From an uncultured bacterium (GTDB taxonomy: Bacteria > Bacillota_I > Bacilli_A > RFN20 > CAG-826), in assembly GCA_949297275.1 (NCBI GenBank), contig CASFQR010000004.1, positions 1 to 53,829 of the forward strand: a stretch of 53,829 nucleotides of DNA, in the 5' to 3' direction. This document shows, one piece after another, positions 10,681-19,909 of this stretch. How positions within the stretch are numbered: position 1 is the first letter of the stretch; the number at the start of each line of letters is the position of its first letter. A program made the position numbers and the translations under genes. The notes below the pieces were generated by a model. It was not told the origin of the DNA and made no database searches. It saw nothing but the letters and a program-made list of their open reading frames with translations.

Positions 10681-11685
10681 ATGAAAATATGCGTCTATTT
10701 TAACCCGCGCATTGAAAACGATAATTTTGAAGGTACTAGATTAAGAAAAACGATTAAGGGAGCGTTGGAACTATCCAATGTTCCCTATACTTCTAGTACG
10801 ATCGATAATTATGAAATTATTCATTTTTTATCTTTAAATGATGAAGCTAAAATTAATGACGCTTTAGAAAACGGTAAGAAAGTTGTCTTCAGTGCTTTAT
10901 ATTGTGAAGATGATAAAACAACTAAATGCACTTACGAAAAAAATGAAGAAATTAAATTATTAGATAAAGCTAAACGCATTTTTAATCGACTTGATCTAAT
11001 AATGGTTCCCACTAGTGGGGCAAAAGATTTTTTAATTAAAGAAGGCATAAAAACTTCAATTAAAGTTATTCCTTTATCAGTCAATAAAGAACGCTTTCAA
11101 ATCAATAATCGTTTAGATGAAGAACTTTTCTATAATTATTTTCAGATTGATAAAGTGACAAAATATATTTGTACCGTAGGAGATTATACAAACAACAAGA
11201 CAATCACAACCTTAAGTTCGATTGCTGCTCTCTCACCAAAATATATCTTCTTCTTCTTTGGCCAAACAAAAGGTAAATATTCTGCCTCGACTTTGTATCG
11301 CCTTAAGAAAAAAGTACCAACCAATTTAAAATTATGTCCGGTGATGAGCGATGAAATATATTGTTCAATGATGAAAAACGCTCAAATGTATTTTGCTTTC
11401 GATAAAAAGAAATTTACCTCAATCGCTTTATTTGACGCTGCTAGTTCTAAAACTCAAATTATTACCATTGAACCTCTAGGCAATAATGCCTCTTTATTAG
11501 AAGATTTAGGATCGTTAGTGGCCAAAGACATCAATGATTTAGCAACTATCATTAATTCCTATATGGAAGGAAATATTAATTCTACGATAAATAAAGCGTA
11601 TAATTACGCTTGTAGACATTCTTTAAAAGTGTTTGGAAAGAATTTAAAAACGACATACGAAAAATTATTAGAAGGAGATAAATAA
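10681..11685 (+). CDS. Hypothetical protein, possibly a GT-B-fold glycosyltransferase-like protein
   Basis: 334-aa ORF packed tightly between gyrA and serS (gaps of 2 nt and 1 nt). The weak resemblance to GT4 layout is by eye only, and no catalytic motif was recognised. Confidence 0.3.
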   Translation: MKICVYFNPRIENDNFEGTRLRKTIKGALELSNVPYTSSTIDNYEIIHFLSLNDEAKINDALENGKKVVFSALYCEDDKTTKCTYEKNEEIKLLDKAKRIFNRLDLIMVPTSGAKDFLIKEGIKTSIKVIPLSVNKERFQINNRLDEELFYNYFQIDKVTKYICTVGDYTNNKTITTLSSIAALSPKYIFFFFGQTKGKYSASTLYRLKKKVPTNLKLCPVMSDEIYCSMMKNAQMYFAFDKKKFTSIALFDAASSKTQIITIEPLGNNASLLEDLGSLVAKDINDLATIINSYMEGNINSTINKAYNYACRHSLKVFGKNLKTTYEKLLEGDK

Positions 11686-11686
11686 A

Positions 11687-12967
11687 ATGATTGATCAAAA
11701 ATTAATTATTGATAATCCCCAAGCGATTCATGACAAATTATTAAAGAAGGGTTTAGATGTTGATTTTTCACCCTTTTTAAATCTTGTCAAGGAAAGAAAA
11801 GAACTTTTAATTAAAGTTGAAACAGCAAACGCTGAGAGAAACAAATTATCTTCAATGGTTCCAGAATATAAAAAAGCAGGGAAAGATGTTCAAGAACTCT
11901 TTATAAAAGTTAAAAACATTAATAATGATATTGAAGAAGATAAAAAACATTTAGATAAAATTGAAGAAGACATTGCTAATTTTTTAAAGCCTTTACCAAA
12001 CCTACCTGATGATGATTTATTACCAGGCGGCAAAGAAAACAACAAAGTAATCGCTGAATATAATCAAGACAAAGAATTTAATTTTAAAATTAAAGACCAT
12101 GTCGAATTAGCCGAATCGTTAGGTTTAATCGATTATGTTCGGGGCGCAAAAATTGCTGGACACGGAGCCTGGGTTTATACCGATTTAGGTGCTAGATTGG
12201 AGTGGGCATTATTAAATTTCTTTATTAGTGAGCACCTTAATGATGGTTATAAATTTATGCTTGTTCCTCATCTACTAAATTATGAATCAGGCTACGTAGC
12301 GGGGCAATTTCCTAAATTTGAAAACGATGTTTTTGTTATGGAAGGTGTTTCTCCTAAGAAATTTCTCCTGCCAACAGCCGAAACGGCTTTGGTGAATTTT
12401 CATCGTGATGAAATTTTAAAAGAAGAAGATTTACCAAAGAAATATTTTGCTTATTCACCTTGTTACCGCAAAGAAGCGGGAGCCTATCGCACTGAAGAAA
12501 GAGGAATGATAAGAGGTTATCAATTTAATAAGGTTGAAATGTTCCAATACACTAGTGAAGAAGGAGATATGATAGCTTTTGAAGAACTAGTAAATAAAGC
12601 CGCCTCTTTAATGAATAAACTAGGCCTTAAATTTAGAGTTTCTAAATTAGCAAGCGGAGATATTTCGGCTTCGATGGCCCGCACCTATGATATTGAAGTA
12701 TATTTCCCTAGTATGAATATATTCAAAGAAGTATCATCGGTTTCAACTGCTCACGAATATCAAGCACGTCGCGGTAAAATTCGCTATAAAGATAAAAACA
12801 CCGGGAAAATTAAATTTGTCCGCACTTTAAATGGTTCGGGTCTAGCGACCTCTCGCGTTTTTCCAGCGATTTTAGAACAATATCAAAATAGCGATGGTAG
12901 TGTCACGATTCCTGAAGTCTTACGACCATTTATGGGTGGTTTAGAAAAAATATCTCCTAAAAAATAA
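11687..12967 (+). CDS. serS: Seryl-tRNA synthetase
   Basis: 426 aa. N-terminal coiled-coil arm. Class II motifs: SPCYRKEAGAYRTEERGMIRGYQFNKVE and GSGLATSRVFPAILEQYQ. Confidence 0.95.
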   Translation: MIDQKLIIDNPQAIHDKLLKKGLDVDFSPFLNLVKERKELLIKVETANAERNKLSSMVPEYKKAGKDVQELFIKVKNINNDIEEDKKHLDKIEEDIANFLKPLPNLPDDDLLPGGKENNKVIAEYNQDKEFNFKIKDHVELAESLGLIDYVRGAKIAGHGAWVYTDLGARLEWALLNFFISEHLNDGYKFMLVPHLLNYESGYVAGQFPKFENDVFVMEGVSPKKFLLPTAETALVNFHRDEILKEEDLPKKYFAYSPCYRKEAGAYRTEERGMIRGYQFNKVEMFQYTSEEGDMIAFEELVNKAASLMNKLGLKFRVSKLASGDISASMARTYDIEVYFPSMNIFKEVSSVSTAHEYQARRGKIRYKDKNTGKIKFVRTLNGSGLATSRVFPAILEQYQNSDGSVTIPEVLRPFMGGLEKISPKK

Positions 12968-12988
12968 GAAATAATTTATAATAATAAA

Positions 12989-13067
12989 GCCGTTACAATG
13001 TTGGATTTATGAACCAGGTCAGGATAGGAATATAGCAGCCTTAAGTAATGAAGACATGTGTGACGGT
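12989..13067 (+). ncRNA. ffs: Small (4.5S-type) signal recognition particle RNA
   Basis: Domain IV core ACCAGGUCAGGAUA-GGAA-UAUAGCAGCC (symmetric-loop motif plus GGAA tetraloop). Closing helix GCCGUUACA/UGUGACGGU, followed by a U-run at 13067-13072. TATAAT at 12977-12982 lies 6 nt upstream of the 5' G. Synteny next to tadA matches Bacillus. Confidence 0.85.
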
Positions 13068-13081
13068 TTTTTAAACGAAAA

Positions 13082-13537
13082 ATGTTTAGTGAATTAGATG
13101 TAAAATTTATGAAAATAGCCTTAGAAGAAGCTGAGGCCGCTTATCAAGAAGACGAAGTTCCGGTTGGAGCAGTTTTGGTTATTGATAATCAAATCATTGC
13201 TCGAAGCCATAATAAAAATTCTCAAAGCCACACTATTACTCGCCACGCCGAAATTAATGTCATTGAAGAAGCTAATATAGTAATGCAATCTAATTATTTG
13301 ATGGATGCTACAATTTATATCACATTAGAGCCTTGCTATATGTGTTTAGGGGCAATTTATTTAGCAAAAATTAAACGCATCGTGTATGCAACTAAATATA
13401 AAAAAGCAGAGATTTACGGTGATTTAGACAATTTTTTATTTAATCCGAACCTAGCATATTACCCGATTTATGAAGGTGGTTTGTTTGAAATAGAAGCAAA
13501 AAATCTTTTGCAAAAATATTTTTTAAATAAAAGATAA
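13082..13537 (+). CDS. tadA: tRNA adenosine(34) deaminase
   Basis: 151 aa. CDA zinc motifs HAEINVIEEA and PCYMCLGAI. Confidence 0.9.
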   Translation: MFSELDVKFMKIALEEAEAAYQEDEVPVGAVLVIDNQIIARSHNKNSQSHTITRHAEINVIEEANIVMQSNYLMDATIYITLEPCYMCLGAIYLAKIKRIVYATKYKKAEIYGDLDNFLFNPNLAYYPIYEGGLFEIEAKNLLQKYFLNKR

Positions 13538-13544
13538 TAATCTT

Positions 13545-13572
13545 TTGGAAAGTACTTAAAAATTGCTATACT
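13545..13572 (+). promoter_or_regulatory. Sigma-70-type promoter with extended -10, positioned for a leaderless transcript
   Basis: TTGGAA, 16-nt spacer, TGcTATACT. The ATG at 13580 lies 7 nt after the -10 box, with no Shine-Dalgarno sequence. Confidence 0.45.
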
Positions 13573-13579
13573 AATAGCA

Positions 13580-16033
13580 ATGAGAAAAATTTCGAGGACC
13601 GAAAAAACTTTAGAACGCATTAAAAACGCCGAAGTCTTTTCTCCGGATATTACATTTGGGTTATCAAAGGAAGAAATTCAAAAACGCATTGATAATAAAT
13701 TAACTAATCGCACAAAAAAGAATGTAACAAAATCATATTGGAAAATCTTTTATGATAATGTTTTTAATTTCTTTAATATTTTATTAATTGGCGTTTTTGT
13801 TCTTTTATGCGTCGCGCATTCATTCAATAATTTATTCTTTATGGGCATCTTGTTATTAAACACCGTCATTGGGGTTGCTCAAGATATTAAAGCGCGAAAA
13901 ATGAGCGAGAAATTAAGACTTATTACTAATCCAAAAGTTTTAGTTATTCGCGAAGGAAAAGAAACTCAAATTTCCACTGATGAAGTTGTTTTAAGTGACA
14001 TTATTATAATTAAACAAGGTGATCAAATCTGCGCGGATGGTGTTTTACTAGCTGGCGAAGTTGAAATGGATGAATCTTTATTAACTGGCGAATCGGTTAA
14101 TATTACTAAAAAGCAAAAAGACGAAATTTTATCTGGCACAGTTGTTTTAGGCGGGCAAGGTAAAATGGTCGTAACAAAAGTGGGGTACGCAAGTTATGTC
14201 GAAACTTTAGGTGAAAAAGCCCGTTCATTTAATCCTCCTAAATCAGAAATTTTGCGTTCATTAAATCTATTATTTAGATTTATTGGAGTGTTTGTCATCA
14301 TTATTGGAACAGCGATGTTTATTCTTTATGGTGTAAGAGGTTTATTAAGTAATGAAAATTATGCCAGTTCGATCGCTAATATTGCTGGTTCTTTAATTGG
14401 AATGATTCCTTCTGGATTATATTTATTAACATCACTAACTTTAACTGTTGGCATTATTCGTTTAGCTAAAAAAAGAATGTCGGTTCAACAATTATATAGC
14501 ATTGAAATGTTATCGCGTGTCGATACATTATGTTTAGATAAAACCGGCACGATTACTGATGGTAGTATGAATGTTAAAGATGTTATCGTTTTAGATAAAA
14601 ATATAACCAAAAACGATATTGGTAATTATTTAAAAACTCTTGTCGAAGCCACGAAAGATGAAAACGCGACGGCAAAAGCAATAAAAGAATATTTTAAAGA
14701 TTATATCTCCTTAAAATATACTTCATCGGTTCCCTTTTTAAGTAAAACAAAATATTCTGCGGTGATGATTGAAGGTGGAAAAAATATTGTTCTAGGTGCG
14801 AAAGAATTTATCTTAAATGATGGCGATAAAGCCTCGATTAAAGCTAAAGAATACGAAGCGAAGGGTTTTAGAGTGTTAATTGTGGCCGCCGTAGATAAAG
14901 GAATAAAGAAAGGCGAGAAAATAAATAATGCGAAGGCGCTTGCCTTAATTATTTTAATTGATCATATTAAAGAAGACGCTATTCCAACAATCGAATGGTT
15001 TAAAAATAATGGTGTTAAAATCAAAATCATCAGTGGTGATAATGTAATCACAACCGCTAATATCGCTCAACATGTTGGAGTAGCAGGAGCAGACAAATTC
15101 CTTTCTTTAGAAAACATTTCCTTAGAAGAATTACCAGCGTTAGTGGATGAATATAATGTTTTTGGACGTGTCTCACCCGAGCAAAAAGAAGTCATTATTG
15201 ATTCTTTAAGAAAAAAAGGACATGTAGTAGCAATGACTGGCGATGGCGTAAACGATCTCCTCGCCTTAAAGAAAGCCGACTGTTCAATTGCAATGGCAAG
15301 TGGCTCCCAAGCTACTAAAAACACCGCAAATCTTGTATCTTTAGATTCCGATTTTAATAAATTGCCTGATGTGGTTAAAGAAGGTAGGCGCGTCATTAAT
15401 AATTTGCAAAGAACCGCTTCTTTGTTCTTGGTTAAGACGGGTTTTGCGGTAATTTTATCAATCTTCTTCTATATTTGGTCAATTATTAATCCTAAGGTTA
15501 TGTATCCGTTTGTACCCGCGAATTTATATGTTTGGGAAATTGCTATTATTGGTTTAGCCTCTTTCTTCTTAACGCTTGAGCCTAATGATGAAAGAATTAA
15601 ATATTCTTTTTTGAAAAATGTTTTATTTAAAGCTTTACCCGCTGCGGTTGCTATTAGTGTTCTAACAATAATTTATTATATTTTAGTGGCCGTAGGTGTC
15701 CTAACTAAAGATGCAGCGACAACACTTTCAATCTTAACCTTTACTATTTTAGCTTATCTTTATTTGTTATTAATTTCTTACCCGTATAGTATTTATCGCA
15801 TCGTTTTAGCTATCGGTACTGGAATTATTATTATCCTAATGTTTTTGATTGATAAATTCTTTAGAACCGGAGGTCTAATTTTATCGATTAATTATGATTC
15901 CTTAAATGAAGATAATTTTTATTATTTGTTTATATTTATCGGGGTTGTAGTTTTAATTTATGTTGTAGTGAAATTAATTCAATATTTTATAAGGAGAAAA
16001 AAGTTAAATGCGAATAGCCAAAAAAGTCATTGA
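13580..16033 (+). CDS. Cation-translocating P-type ATPase (Ca2+/Mg2+-type, 817 aa)
   Basis: LTGESV (actuator), phosphorylation site DKTGTITDG, hinge MTGDGVNDLLALKKAD, and about 10 TM segments. TGA stop. Confidence 0.9.
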   Translation: MRKISRTEKTLERIKNAEVFSPDITFGLSKEEIQKRIDNKLTNRTKKNVTKSYWKIFYDNVFNFFNILLIGVFVLLCVAHSFNNLFFMGILLLNTVIGVAQDIKARKMSEKLRLITNPKVLVIREGKETQISTDEVVLSDIIIIKQGDQICADGVLLAGEVEMDESLLTGESVNITKKQKDEILSGTVVLGGQGKMVVTKVGYASYVETLGEKARSFNPPKSEILRSLNLLFRFIGVFVIIIGTAMFILYGVRGLLSNENYASSIANIAGSLIGMIPSGLYLLTSLTLTVGIIRLAKKRMSVQQLYSIEMLSRVDTLCLDKTGTITDGSMNVKDVIVLDKNITKNDIGNYLKTLVEATKDENATAKAIKEYFKDYISLKYTSSVPFLSKTKYSAVMIEGGKNIVLGAKEFILNDGDKASIKAKEYEAKGFRVLIVAAVDKGIKKGEKINNAKALALIILIDHIKEDAIPTIEWFKNNGVKIKIISGDNVITTANIAQHVGVAGADKFLSLENISLEELPALVDEYNVFGRVSPEQKEVIIDSLRKKGHVVAMTGDGVNDLLALKKADCSIAMASGSQATKNTANLVSLDSDFNKLPDVVKEGRRVINNLQRTASLFLVKTGFAVILSIFFYIWSIINPKVMYPFVPANLYVWEIAIIGLASFFLTLEPNDERIKYSFLKNVLFKALPAAVAISVLTIIYYILVAVGVLTKDAATTLSILTFTILAYLYLLLISYPYSIYRIVLAIGTGIIIILMFLIDKFFRTGGLILSINYDSLNEDNFYYLFIFIGVVVLIYVVVKLIQYFIRRKKLNANSQKSH

Positions 16034-16910
16034 AGCCTTAAATAATAAGCGACCAGTTGTTGCCTTAGAATCAACAATTATTTCTCATGGAATGCCCTAT
16101 CCTCGCAATGTTGAGACGGCTTTAATGGTGGAAGAAATAATTGAAAAAGAAGGCGCGACAGCCGCGACTATTGGGATTATTGATGGTGAACCAGTTATCG
16201 GGATGAGTAAAGAAGAAATTGAAGAATTTGGCCACCGCAAGAATATTAAGAAAGTTTCGCGAAAAGATTTACCAGTTGTCATTGCCAAAAAAGAGTGGGG
16301 AGCAACAACAGTATCGACCACAATGATTTTAGCTGCAAAAGCTGGGATTGAAGTCTTCGTAACTGGCGGCATCGGTGGTGCGCATCGCGAAGCCCAAAAA
16401 ACTTTTGACATCTCTAATGATTTAGAAGAATTAGGTCACACAAATGTGACAGTTATTTCTAGTGGCATTAAAGCCATTTTAGATATTCCTTTAACTTTAG
16501 AAATTTTAGAAACTAAAGGAGTAACGGTTTTATCTTATCAAAGCGATGATTTGGCGGATTTTTATACTCGTCACTCGCACATTAAAGCCGAAAATGTTGT
16601 TAATACGCCTAAGGAAATTGCTCAAATTATTAAAGCTAAAAGAGATTTTAATTTAGAAGGCGGCATTTTGGTTGCTAATCCGATTCCAGAAGAATTTTCT
16701 TTAGATGAAACATTAATGAATCATGTAATTAACGAAGCGCTTTTAATAACTAATAAAAATCATATTCAAGGCAAGGATGTTACTCCTTTCTTACTAAAAA
16801 CAATCGTAGAAAAAACCGGTGGCGAATCTCTAGAAGCCAATATTAAATTAGTGTTAAATAATGCCTTATTAGGTGCGAAAGTGGCTAAAGAATTACTTAA
16901 ATTAAAATGA
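16008..16910 (+). CDS. psuG: Pseudouridine-5'-phosphate glycosidase
   Basis: RPVVALESTIISHGMPYPRN, GATTVSTTMILAAKAGIEVFVTGGIGGAHR and ANPIPEEF closely match the PsuG/IndA family. AGGAG RBS. The start lies 26 nt inside the ATPase gene. Confidence 0.92.
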   Translation: MRIAKKVIEALNNKRPVVALESTIISHGMPYPRNVETALMVEEIIEKEGATAATIGIIDGEPVIGMSKEEIEEFGHRKNIKKVSRKDLPVVIAKKEWGATTVSTTMILAAKAGIEVFVTGGIGGAHREAQKTFDISNDLEELGHTNVTVISSGIKAILDIPLTLEILETKGVTVLSYQSDDLADFYTRHSHIKAENVVNTPKEIAQIIKAKRDFNLEGGILVANPIPEEFSLDETLMNHVINEALLITNKNHIQGKDVTPFLLKTIVEKTGGESLEANIKLVLNNALLGAKVAKELLKLK

Positions 16911-17452
16911 AAAAAGAAGCAATTTTTAAAAAGGGAATTAAAGAATTAATTGAAAAATCTTCTTTAGAAGATATTAGCGTTGTTTCTTTGTGCCGATATG
17001 TTAATAGCAACCGCCAAACATTTTATTATCATTTTCGCGATATATATGACCTTTTAGCGGCTACGATGCTCCGCGAACAAATTATTTTTACTAAAAGCGA
17101 AATTAATTTTGATAATATTTATGAAGCAATTAATCGTTATATCAATCAAAATCTGCATTTTTTACAAGAAGTCAAAAAGTCTTATGCGGGTGACTTAATT
17201 GATAATTTTTTTGGTTCTTTTATCTATGAAAAATTACAGCAATATTTTCGTCTAAATCCGCAAAAAAATGTTTCTAAAACTTTTGTCTTAGCCCTTGAGA
17301 GGTGTTTATCAAATGTTCTCGCTTTAGAATTTTCTTATTATGTTTCTTCAAACAAGAAGGAAGGAGCGAGCAAATTTAAAAAACGCCTGAAAAACATTTG
17401 GAATTATTTTATGAATAAACATATTGAAGAGGCTAAGGCCGATCATTTATAG
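16907..17452 (+). CDS. TetR-family transcriptional regulator
   Basis: 181 aa. N-terminal HTH ISVVSLCRYVNSNRQTFYYHFRDIYDLL (TetR/DhaS-like). ATGA overlap with psuG. Confidence 0.6.
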   Translation: MKKEAIFKKGIKELIEKSSLEDISVVSLCRYVNSNRQTFYYHFRDIYDLLAATMLREQIIFTKSEINFDNIYEAINRYINQNLHFLQEVKKSYAGDLIDNFFGSFIYEKLQQYFRLNPQKNVSKTFVLALERCLSNVLALEFSYYVSSNKKEGASKFKKRLKNIWNYFMNKHIEEAKADHL

Positions 17453-17616
17453 GAATAAAAAAGCGTAATTGATTGAAAAAATCATTCAGCATGTTATCAT
17501 ATTTCTACGTTAAGAAAACGACTTAATGATTATAACCCAGCGTTTAGAAATTGACACACGTGTGATTGGTCAAATCACTAAACAGTAGACTTAGTCTAGA
17601 AGGGAAAAAATACAAA

Positions 17617-18735
17617 ATGAAAAAAGAAGATCTCTTGTCTCTTGTTGCCTATGCTTTAATGATTGCAATTGCGTTAGTCGTTGGATTAGTTATCTTAAGG
17701 CCATTATTTGCCGAAATGACTTTACCATTAAATCCTTACTTATTTGTGATTCTAGCAATTATTGTTGGATTAATTGTCAATGTCTTATTCTTAGAAATCG
17801 GCCATGTTTTAGGCGCTTTAATTGGTAAATATAAAATCACCTCTTTCAATGTCTTATGGTTATGCATTTATAAAGATAAAGGTAAATGGCATTTCGGCTT
17901 TAAAAATTTTGATGGATTAGTAGGGGAAACCCGCATCGCGCCTAAAAATGAAAACGCAAATCCAAAACCCTATGTTTTATTCCCAATCTTATTTTTTGTT
18001 ATCGAACTTGCTTTAACAATTACTTTCTATGTTTTAGCCCACCAAAATGTCGCTAGTGAAGCGCTGGTAATTTTAGGCTTAGGTGGCATTATTTTCCTTG
18101 CTTTAGGAGCAATGATTGCTGTCTATAATTTATTTCCTGCCCGCTTAGATTCGATGAATGATGGTTATCGCCTCGTTTTATTTTCAAAACCTGTTAATGT
18201 TAAAGCTTTCAATGAATTAATGCATGTTGAAGAATTACAACTTGAAGGAAAAGAAATTCAAAACATTCGTTTCTTTGAAGAAATAACCGACTTTACCGCT
18301 TCATTAAACCTATCTTATGTATATGAATGTTTAAGTAAAAAAGAATATCAAGAAGCCGAAGAAAAAATCGATTTAATCATTGTTAATCCAAAAGCAATTT
18401 CAACCTCAACATATAACCGTTTAGTTGCCCAAAAGCTTTATATTCAATTAATGACTAAACCAATCGAAGAAGCAAAGAAATATTATGAAACCTTAAACGA
18501 TTCAATTAAACGCTTTATCTCGAATGATGTTTCCATGGAATCCGTTAGGGCTTATGTTTTAATTGCTGGTTTAATCGAAGAATCAAAAGGCGAAGTACAA
18601 TATGTCAATTCTCGCAAACAAAAAGCCCTAAAAAGGGCTATTAGTTCTCGGGCTGAAGCCGAGGAGCAATTATATAAAGAAGCTTTAAAAAAAGTCTTAG
18701 AGGCACATCCTGATTGGGATTTATCTCACGACTAA
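17617..18735 (+). CDS. Polytopic membrane protein with a degenerate site-2-protease (M50)-like core and a C-terminal helical/TPR-like domain
   Basis: LEIGH at 17791-17805 occupies the place where M50 proteins carry HExxH. NLFPARLDSMNDG resembles the M50 NxxPxxxLDG motif. The ATG at 17617 is preferred over the upstream TTG at 17566. Confidence 0.35.
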   Translation: MKKEDLLSLVAYALMIAIALVVGLVILRPLFAEMTLPLNPYLFVILAIIVGLIVNVLFLEIGHVLGALIGKYKITSFNVLWLCIYKDKGKWHFGFKNFDGLVGETRIAPKNENANPKPYVLFPILFFVIELALTITFYVLAHQNVASEALVILGLGGIIFLALGAMIAVYNLFPARLDSMNDGYRLVLFSKPVNVKAFNELMHVEELQLEGKEIQNIRFFEEITDFTASLNLSYVYECLSKKEYQEAEEKIDLIIVNPKAISTSTYNRLVAQKLYIQLMTKPIEEAKKYYETLNDSIKRFISNDVSMESVRAYVLIAGLIEESKGEVQYVNSRKQKALKRAISSRAEAEEQLYKEALKKVLEAHPDWDLSHD

Positions 18736-18742
18736 TTTTTAA

Positions 18743-19120
18743 TTATTCTTCTTCGTATCTAAAATAGTCCTCATGAGGTTCTTCCTCACGGACTATTTTT
18801 TCTAATTCGGGATTAGTAGATGCTTGCTCTAAAGTGCGATTAATGCGTTCCTCTTGCATCTGGTAAGTCATATCGTCTAAGACGATATCGCTAGTTTTTA
18901 GTTCGCGCGATGTCTTTAAATCAACATTTTCCATCATGAAATAAAAAGCATTAAGTTTAAAATGTTCACACAATGGTTTAATTTGATCAATTGATGGAAC
19001 GATTTCGTCGCGCATAATCGCCTCATAAAGATATTTCTTAACACCTAAAATACGACGAATCTTTCGATCATCTAAATGATAATAATTCTTTAAATAATCA
19101 ATTTTTTGGCTAATTTTCAT
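18743..19120 (-). CDS. Small cytoplasmic protein, possibly XRE-like HTH
   Basis: 125-aa ORF overlapping the mscL stop by 11 nt. RRILGVKKYLYEAIMRDEIVPSIDQIKPLCEHF is HTH-like by eye only. Confidence 0.3.
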   Translation of the reverse strand: MKISQKIDYLKNYYHLDDRKIRRILGVKKYLYEAIMRDEIVPSIDQIKPLCEHFKLNAFYFMMENVDLKTSRELKTSDIVLDDMTYQMQEERINRTLEQASTNPELEKIVREEEPHEDYFRYEEE

Positions 19121-19805
19121 TTGGTTTTGTTACTTGACTATTAACTGTGTTTGCCTTCAATAAATCGCGAATTTCAGTTAATAATTCAGCTTCGGTTGGT
19201 TTCTTTTCTTCTTTAACGACAACTGGTCTTTCTTCAGGGTGCTTTTGATAATATTTTTCTTTTTCAGCCGCGATGAAATCAAGACGTTTCTTCTTTAAAG
19301 CATTATAGACTTTTAAAATGATAAAGAGGGTTAAAGCAATAATTAAGAAGGAAATAATAGCATTAATTACTGCACCCCAGTTAATAATAGCGGCTTGATT
19401 ATAAGCATATATACCACCATAAAGGGTATAATTGCTAGTAATTGTTGCCTTCGCGCTTTCCACTAAACTATCAGCAACATCTGCGCCATAAGTTTCTTCC
19501 GCTAACTTTTGAGCGAGTGATTGTAAATCGCCCTTAGCGAACGATTGGGCTAGACCGATACCTTCATTGAGCCCTTTTTGGTTCGCGCTTACTGCTGGTA
19601 AAATAGTAATTAAACCATTTAAGCCACCAGGAACCGCCCAGGTACAAACACTGAGTAAAATGTTCGTTACTGCCGTGACAATCGTCGAGAAGGCACCGCC
19701 AATAACGACACCAACAGCCATATCAATGACATTTCCGCGGGAAATAAATTTCTTAAAATCTTCCCACCAGCCTTTGACGACTTTGGTTTTCTTTTCTTTT
19801 TTCAT
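19110..19805 (-). CDS. mscL: Large-conductance mechanosensitive channel MscL with an extended extracytoplasmic loop (231 aa)
   Basis: FKKFISRGNVIDMAVGVVIGGAFSTIV is the canonical MscL TM1. TM2 is INAIISFLIIALTLFIILKVY. About 80 residues lie between the two TM segments. Confidence 0.85.
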   Translation of the reverse strand: MKKEKKTKVVKGWWEDFKKFISRGNVIDMAVGVVIGGAFSTIVTAVTNILLSVCTWAVPGGLNGLITILPAVSANQKGLNEGIGLAQSFAKGDLQSLAQKLAEETYGADVADSLVESAKATITSNYTLYGGIYAYNQAAIINWGAVINAIISFLIIALTLFIILKVYNALKKKRLDFIAAEKEKYYQKHPEERPVVVKEEKKPTEAELLTEIRDLLKANTVNSQVTKPNEN

Positions 19806-19909
19806 ATGTAAATCTCCTAACGGGCGGTATTATAGCATAATTTTCAAAAAATGCTTACTATAATTTTTAAATATAGTAAAATATTTAAAGATTAGTGAAA
19901 GGAGCAAAA

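Noticed and set aside
17551-17580. TTGACA plus the CACACGTGTG palindrome upstream of the 17617 gene, considered as a promoter/operator
   Set aside because: No acceptable -10 hexamer lies at 16-18 nt spacing. A short palindrome alone is insufficient evidence.
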